The notes under the pieces are model-generated. The model was not told the origin of the DNA and ran no database searches. It was given only the letters and a program-made list of their open reading frames with translations. Below are positions 57,619-62,982 of a stretch of 62,982 nucleotides of DNA, piece after piece (position 1 is the first letter of the stretch; each line of letters opens with the position of its first letter). The translations under genes were made by a program, and so were the position numbers. The stretch is from a virus (Duplodnaviria > Caudoviricetes), in the IMG/VR virus record IMGVR_UViG_3300042924_002983, positions 1 through 62,982 of that record. One strand, 5' to 3'.

Positions 57619-58538
57619 GAGATCCGCCCGTATAGGATGAAGTTGCCAAAAGGCACACTTGTTGCGGCTGTCGGGATATCCGTTAGGCCAGTAACAGCAC
57701 CAGCAGCCATCGGCGGCAGCCTCATAAAGCTGCCGGAAGTGACGGTAGCCGCCTGCCATGTTCCGGGCGTGCTGCCGACAATCAGTAGGCCGACCGCGTA
57801 GCGAGTCCCGGCGACAAGGTTGTAGGACGCAGGGTACCCGCCAGTGGTACTAAACGCGCGAGAGTAGATCGTATTCGCGACGTTGCCGATTGTGGTGTCG
57901 CTCGCCGTGCGTGCAACCATAGTGATCGACGGGGTTGTGGCCGTAACAGAATCAGTGATCGTCTCGCTCACAGTGAACAGCGCAAACCTGCACAGCGACA
58001 GCGATGCGGTACTCGTTCCAGCGTTTACGAACGTAATCGTCGTAGCTGTCAAGTTGTACGGAGCCGTGAAAAACGCCAGCTTCAGATTGCCGCTTGTGGC
58101 ACTTGCATTGCCTATCGTTCCGTGGTTTCTCGGCAACCAGTCAATCGATGCAGCGGTGGTCTGCATCGCCCATCGAAGATTTTCGTTCCGCGTAACGTCG
58201 CCGCTTAACCTCGCATCTGGCAGGATACCACTTGTGATGTCACTAGCCGATACGGTCGTCGCTATAGCTGCCACTTCGACATATACAGTTGATTCCCATC
58301 GGTATATTTTGGAGGTATCAACACTGAGGTATAACACCCCTTCCTGACCTGTCGCAGGAAAACCAGCCGTCGTTGCGTGTCGAACAAGAGACGCGCCGGT
58401 CGGCAGTGCGGTGACGACCCCCGAGCCGTTGCGGTAGAACAGCTTGCCGTCGCCTTCGTTGATGGCGATCTGCCCAGAGACGAGCGATGGCGGTACGTTG
58501 CCAGCCGTCGTTGATCGGAGAATCCTGACTGTCGCCAA
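57615..58538 (-). CDS. Fibre/receptor-binding protein
   Basis: N-terminus shared with the 676-aa fibre. Confidence 0.7.
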   Translation of the reverse strand: MATVRILRSTTAGNVPPSLVSGQIAINEGDGKLFYRNGSGVVTALPTGASLVRHATTAGFPATGQEGVLYLSVDTSKIYRWESTVYVEVAAIATTVSASDITSGILPDARLSGDVTRNENLRWAMQTTAASIDWLPRNHGTIGNASATSGNLKLAFFTAPYNLTATTITFVNAGTSTASLSLCRFALFTVSETITDSVTATTPSITMVARTASDTTIGNVANTIYSRAFSTTGGYPASYNLVAGTRYAVGLLIVGSTPGTWQAATVTSGSFMRLPPMAAGAVTGLTDIPTAATSVPFGNFILYGRIS

Positions 58539-59306
58539 CTAGAACGTGCCCCCGTTGATGTCGGAGTCTGGGGCCAAGTAATCGGTTCCAGCGGATGCCA
58601 ACGAATACGTGGAACCATTTCCTTTGAGGAGTCCGTTGACAGCCGATGTCAGCCCCGTCCCGCCGTAGGCCGCTGCTACCGCGGTGCCCTGCCAAGTTCC
58701 CGTGCCAATGGTGCCTACGCTCGTCAGGCTGGAACCCGTGACTCCCGTGCCAAGAGCGGTCGCTGACAGGACGGTCGTCCCGTTGATCTCATACACCTTG
58801 GTGGCTAGGAGATTGAAATCCTGATTGCTCGTCCAAGCGGCTGTTGCGCTGACCCAGGTGAGCGTCTTGTCGCCGTTGCCTTTAAGCGTGATGCCGCCGC
58901 CGTCTGAGGTGGCGTCTGACGGCGAAGCGGTATCGCCCAGAATGACGTTGATGTCATCGACGCTGACCGTGGTGCTATTAATGGTAGTCGTCGTACCGTT
59001 GACCGTCAGGTTTCCACCGACCGTCACGTTGCCAGAGAAGGACGCACCGGCCAGCTGGGCGTAGCCGGACAGATCTACGTTGCCGCCGCCAGCAGCGACA
59101 GCCGAATCGACATAGGCCAGCGTGGCAAAAGCACCGGACCCACCAATGGCAATGACTTGGGTGGCCGTGCCGCCCGCACCGCCCGTGCCAGTCCCGTAGT
59201 ACAGAATGTTCGTCTGCTCATTGAATGCAAGTTCTGCGTTGGCCATGCTGCTGGGTGACCCCGCACCACCGCCGCTTGCACGCCTTTTGATTCTTAATGT
59301 CGCCAT
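58539..59306 (-). CDS. Fibre-like virion protein
   Basis: GNLTVNGTTTTINST, LTSVGTI..GTWQG; ends NGGTF. Confidence 0.75.
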   Translation of the reverse strand: MATLRIKRRASGGGAGSPSSMANAELAFNEQTNILYYGTGTGGAGGTATQVIAIGGSGAFATLAYVDSAVAAGGGNVDLSGYAQLAGASFSGNVTVGGNLTVNGTTTTINSTTVSVDDINVILGDTASPSDATSDGGGITLKGNGDKTLTWVSATAAWTSNQDFNLLATKVYEINGTTVLSATALGTGVTGSSLTSVGTIGTGTWQGTAVAAAYGGTGLTSAVNGLLKGNGSTYSLASAGTDYLAPDSDINGGTF

Positions 59307-59665
59307 CAGAAGCTCCCCCCGTCTACAACCGAACTCTCTGGATAATTACGCCACTTGCCCGCCGACCACCGCAGCACATCGCCTGTTCTGATGTCTGTCA
59401 TCTCCACATCGCTAGAAGACGGCAATGAGAAGCGCAGCGCAGTCAGCAGGTACGGCAGATTGTTCCACCGCGTCACACCGTCACCGATCTTGATCGCCCC
59501 CGAGCCGAACGCTGGGTCCGAGTAGTCGTACGTGTCTGCCGATGGTTCCGTGGTAAGTGGGACATCTCGCTCATAGCCCACCTCGCCTGCCAGCAGGACC
59601 GGATTCGCGGCCGACCATTCCGCAGCCGTACCGCGCCGAAGCTGCGAGTATTTGATGTAGCTCAT
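59306..59665 (-). CDS. Mtd-N/hyaluronidase-N-like domain protein
   Basis: RRGTAAEW..NPVL..GE.G.E...KIGDG...W..LPY; ends DGGSF. Confidence 0.8.
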   Translation of the reverse strand: MSYIKYSQLRRGTAAEWSAANPVLLAGEVGYERDVPLTTEPSADTYDYSDPAFGSGAIKIGDGVTRWNNLPYLLTALRFSLPSSSDVEMTDIRTGDVLRWSAGKWRNYPESSVVDGGSF

Positions 59666-60195
59666 ACGCCGCGCCCCTTGGCCCGATAGGCATGCTTAGC
59701 GATCACCTGCTCGCGGAGGTCTGCGTTCTTCGCGGACGGGTTCAGCTTCTTGGCCTTCGCTACTTCCTCTCGCACAATCTTCTCGCTGATGAGCTTGCGC
59801 TTGGGATCGGCCGCGCCCGGGTCGTAGTTCACCGTTCCGCTCACGGCCAATCGCCGCTTGTGGGCGACTTTGAGTACATCGTCGTTGTTGGAAACCCACG
59901 CTTCGGGATCGCGCCAGCCTCGCTTGTCGGCCAGCCCTCCCACGTAGTGCTTGCCCGAGATATTGATGCCTGCGCTCTTGGCTTCCGCGGCCACGTACTG
60001 GGCCTGACGAACAGGCATGTCGTCCAGCTGCTGGTTGTTCATGCGGCCCTCCATGAACGCACGGTCTGTCCCCTTGGTTCCGGGGGGTGTCTGCATGGCG
60101 ACCATAGCGGCCCACTTCTCGCCGTAGGGCAGGGCGCGCTTATAGGTAGCGATGGCTTCTTCGCCAGCGCGCTTAACTTCAACCGGGATTTCCAT
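59662..60195 (-). CDS. Hypothetical protein downstream of portal
   Basis: In-operon ORF (MEIPVEVKR...). Confidence 0.7.
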   Translation of the reverse strand: MEIPVEVKRAGEEAIATYKRALPYGEKWAAMVAMQTPPGTKGTDRAFMEGRMNNQQLDDMPVRQAQYVAAEAKSAGINISGKHYVGGLADKRGWRDPEAWVSNNDDVLKVAHKRRLAVSGTVNYDPGAADPKRKLISEKIVREEVAKAKKLNPSAKNADLREQVIAKHAYRAKGRGV

Positions 60196-62158
60196 TTGGC
60201 GGTCCTTCGGGGGGCGGGCCTGGAGGTGGGGGAGGAGGAGGCGGGACCAAGTAGCGCGACACATCGGTGTTCATCGCCTTGCCCCAGTCCTCCAGGAGCG
60301 CGTTGAACAGTTCCGGCTTCCCGGCCTGCAACAGACCCTGACTGATCGGCGCGAGAATCTGCATCGCGTTGGTGATGTTCTCAATGCGAGTGGCGACGTT
60401 AGGCTTCTTCACAGACCCAGCCTCAACGCGGTACGAATACTCACGCACAACTGAATCCGGGTCTTCGCCTTGAACGTGCATCTGCCATGCCTGCGCCGCC
60501 ATAGGGCCAAGCAGCGGAGCAACGTCCTGCGGTCCAATCAACCAGCGGGCGAGAAGGGCTTCCTTGCGCGCGACCAGCGACAGAGCGTCTTCCAGAATGT
60601 TTGCATAATCGTCCGGCCTCACCGAAATCTGCTCAGCCTTCACGGTCGCTTCTGCAGCTGATCTGAAGGAATTTCTGGTCATACCGTAAATGAGTTCTGT
60701 CAAACCCACTCGCCGGTCGAACAGCGCGGTGACCTCAGAGATGATCTGGTACATGTCCGAGGTGACCCCCGGCATCTGGAAGACCGAGATCACATCATTG
60801 ACCGACCGGCCGATAGCTTCCGAGATCTCTACGATCTTGAACCCGCCCTCGTCCTTCTCCAGGATCTTGGCCTTGAGGTCCGGGTCTGCTGACTTGGCTA
60901 CACCGATCAGCACCTGCGCGCTGGTGGCAATGCGCGTGGCGAGGAAGCTCATCGCCCAGTTGATGAATCGAAGCTCACCGATACCGGGACGAATGATAGA
61001 GATGGGCCAGCTGTACCCTGGCTTGCCGTGCCAAGCGAGCGGGGTGAACGGCCAGCCGCCTGGTTCTGCCCAAAAGGGAATGGGCCACTGCGCCGCCATG
61101 AACATCGACGGTGCAACGCCAGTCTCGTCTACTTCTTCCTGCAGCATCGCTTCAGGCATGTTCAGTGGGAAATCAATTCCCTCTGCCACCGCGATATAGC
61201 AGTTGGGACCGAACGCATCGAACTTGCCGCGGAGGTCTTTGTCGGCGTTCTTGAGCCGGTCGCCAAACCCTGTCTTGGAGTAAACCTCCCAGTAGACGAT
61301 GAGGTCGTTGGTCTTGCCCAGCTTCTTCTTGTATTCAAAGCCACGCTCGTTGTTGTCGCCGCGTGACGAGTAGCTCTCCATGTGACCCTTTAGGTCTTCA
61401 CGGGAGAGACCGAACTTCGCCGCTACCTCGTCCACAGGCTGGACCCGCTTGCGCGCTGCCCATCGGATGTCCTCAAACTCATCGGCATCGGGATCCCAGA
61501 CGAGGTTGTCGATGGAGTCGTAGAAGCTCCCGGCCATCTTCAGCTGCGAGCCGGGGGGCGAGTAAAGCTCATGCCACCAGACGCCTGCACCCTTAATGAA
61601 CGCTTCCTCCACCACCTTCCGCGAGTGCTTCTTAAGATCTAATTCATTCGGGGTGTAGTTGAGGTAGTCTTCCAACAGCCTGGAGACGAGCTTGCGCCGC
61701 TCCAGCATCATCTGCTGATCCTGCAAGCCCTGCTGGTACATCTGCATGCCGGGGTCTGGCATCATCACTGGCTGGCCATCGGGTCCAATGATTGGCTGAC
61801 CGTCCGGCCCCATGGCTGGCACTGGGGGCTGGGGCTGGATGCCAAGGAGTGCTGGCCCGATGATGGGATACTCCTTGGGGGTCACCGCGCGGTTGGGGTT
61901 CCGGTGGTGGATCACCGCGGTAAAGAGGCGCACGGCCTCCCACACACGGTTGACCTGCATGCGGAATGCAGGAGGAGTCATGCCCTTGTTGTAGCCACGC
62001 TCCCCACGGGCGTACCCATCTTTCCACATGAAATCTGGGTCGCCAGCGAAGAAGTTCATCGCCTCGTCACCGTCCTCTGTGAACGGACGCTTATGGGCGG
62101 TGGCCTGCTTAATGCACTCAAGCCAGCGGGCGACGATTGGACGAAGCGGTTTATCCAT
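60179..62158 (-). CDS. Portal protein
   Basis: About 660 aa after terminase; RSAAEA motif; P22/T7-like size and position. Confidence 0.8.
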   Translation of the reverse strand: MDKPLRPIVARWLECIKQATAHKRPFTEDGDEAMNFFAGDPDFMWKDGYARGERGYNKGMTPPAFRMQVNRVWEAVRLFTAVIHHRNPNRAVTPKEYPIIGPALLGIQPQPPVPAMGPDGQPIIGPDGQPVMMPDPGMQMYQQGLQDQQMMLERRKLVSRLLEDYLNYTPNELDLKKHSRKVVEEAFIKGAGVWWHELYSPPGSQLKMAGSFYDSIDNLVWDPDADEFEDIRWAARKRVQPVDEVAAKFGLSREDLKGHMESYSSRGDNNERGFEYKKKLGKTNDLIVYWEVYSKTGFGDRLKNADKDLRGKFDAFGPNCYIAVAEGIDFPLNMPEAMLQEEVDETGVAPSMFMAAQWPIPFWAEPGGWPFTPLAWHGKPGYSWPISIIRPGIGELRFINWAMSFLATRIATSAQVLIGVAKSADPDLKAKILEKDEGGFKIVEISEAIGRSVNDVISVFQMPGVTSDMYQIISEVTALFDRRVGLTELIYGMTRNSFRSAAEATVKAEQISVRPDDYANILEDALSLVARKEALLARWLIGPQDVAPLLGPMAAQAWQMHVQGEDPDSVVREYSYRVEAGSVKKPNVATRIENITNAMQILAPISQGLLQAGKPELFNALLEDWGKAMNTDVSRYLVPPPPPPPPGPPPEGPPNGNPG

Positions 62159-62982
62159 GGGCACTCCTATTAGCTAGTGTCCTTACTTGCCCCTGCGGGC
62201 TTCCAAGTCGGCTACCTTCCGCTCCAAAAGCGCCACTTTCTCGGCCAGAATCGCATTCTTCTGAGGCTTGTGTTCCCAGAAGCCGTAGTCCTTCCACGCC
62301 TGGAACTCGTTCACGCCGGGGTCGGTGACATGGTGGACCGACTGCTTCTCATTCCCGCCGTAGCCGGGGGCCAAGGCCCACAGGGTGAGGGTCCGCTGGC
62401 TCACCTTGGTGACCAAGGCCGGGATGCACTCAGCGCCCTCATGGGCACGGAAGAACACCCAGTCACCAAGCTCAGCGGTCGGCATTACGTAATCGCTCAT
62501 CTTTGTCTACTCCCCATTGGCCCGAGAACAATGCAGTTGTCTTCGGACGACTGCTGCCTGCGGCGTTTATCCGCGAGGTAACGCACCCACCATGGATCGG
62601 GGCCATAGGTCTTTGGCGGTGCGTGGTATTTTGGTTCGTACGCGCAGAGGTACTCCACGCTCTGGATGGCGTGGACTTCCCCGCGGCTCTGCGGCTCGTC
62701 GGTCACGTAGACCTGTCCGTTGACGCTCGTCGTCTTTTTCCGGTAGCGGCGGATCTCGCGCATCAGATTCGGACACGCACCATCCAAGAACTTCAGCTTG
62801 GTCGAACCGTCTCCCCGGATGTGGAGCATCTGCCGGACGAGCGCCGTGCGGGCCGGGATGTCGTCGGAGCCGGGGATGAAGCCGTACCCGCTCATCTGCG
62901 ACTTGATGCCGCGCTTCTTCAGTTCCTCTGAGTACAGTTCATGGGGAAGACGGCCCGAGCCTAAGTCTCTGAGCATGCCGCC
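61786..62982. repeat. Terminal redundancy, right copy (portal 5' end, 105-aa gene, terminase 3' end)
   Basis: Begins caatgattggctgaccgtcc, like base 1. Confidence 0.95.

Noticed and set aside
53235-59665. Diversity-generating retroelement suggested by the Mtd-N-like domain
   Set aside because: No reverse transcriptase ORF and no adenine-specific TR/VR pair seen; differences between the terminal copies are not adenine-specific

Overview
The window is essentially one complete, circularly permuted dsDNA tailed-phage genome. The unit length is about 61,785 bp: bases 1-1197 recur at 61786-62982 as a diverged copy. The gene order is podovirus-like. On the minus strand, the late block runs terminase, portal, a stack of fibre/receptor-binding genes, adaptor, nozzle and ejection proteins; scaffold, major capsid and decoration genes lie at 5.6-8.4 kb. 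A recombination block (RecE-like nuclease, ERF, SSB, split SF2 helicase) and a membrane-protein cassette with two proteases, at a position where lysis genes would be expected, are also on the minus strand. About 33 small, tightly coupled genes on the plus strand end in a serine recombinase that overlaps a sigma-70-family gene tail to tail. I saw no DNA polymerase, primase, reverse transcriptase, CRISPR array or recognisable muramidase. The strongest signals outside the ORF track are: (1) several highly base-paired non-coding regions, the largest about 450 nt at 12.98-13.43 kb; (2) a tRNA-like element beside the tyrosine recombinase; (3) a six-site late-promoter-like motif; (4) a recurrent 14-nt gene-junction sequence in the small-gene array; (5) peptide modules shared between unrelated virion proteins. 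A Planctomycetota/PVC host is my guess only. All family calls come from motif recognition by eye; no searches were run.
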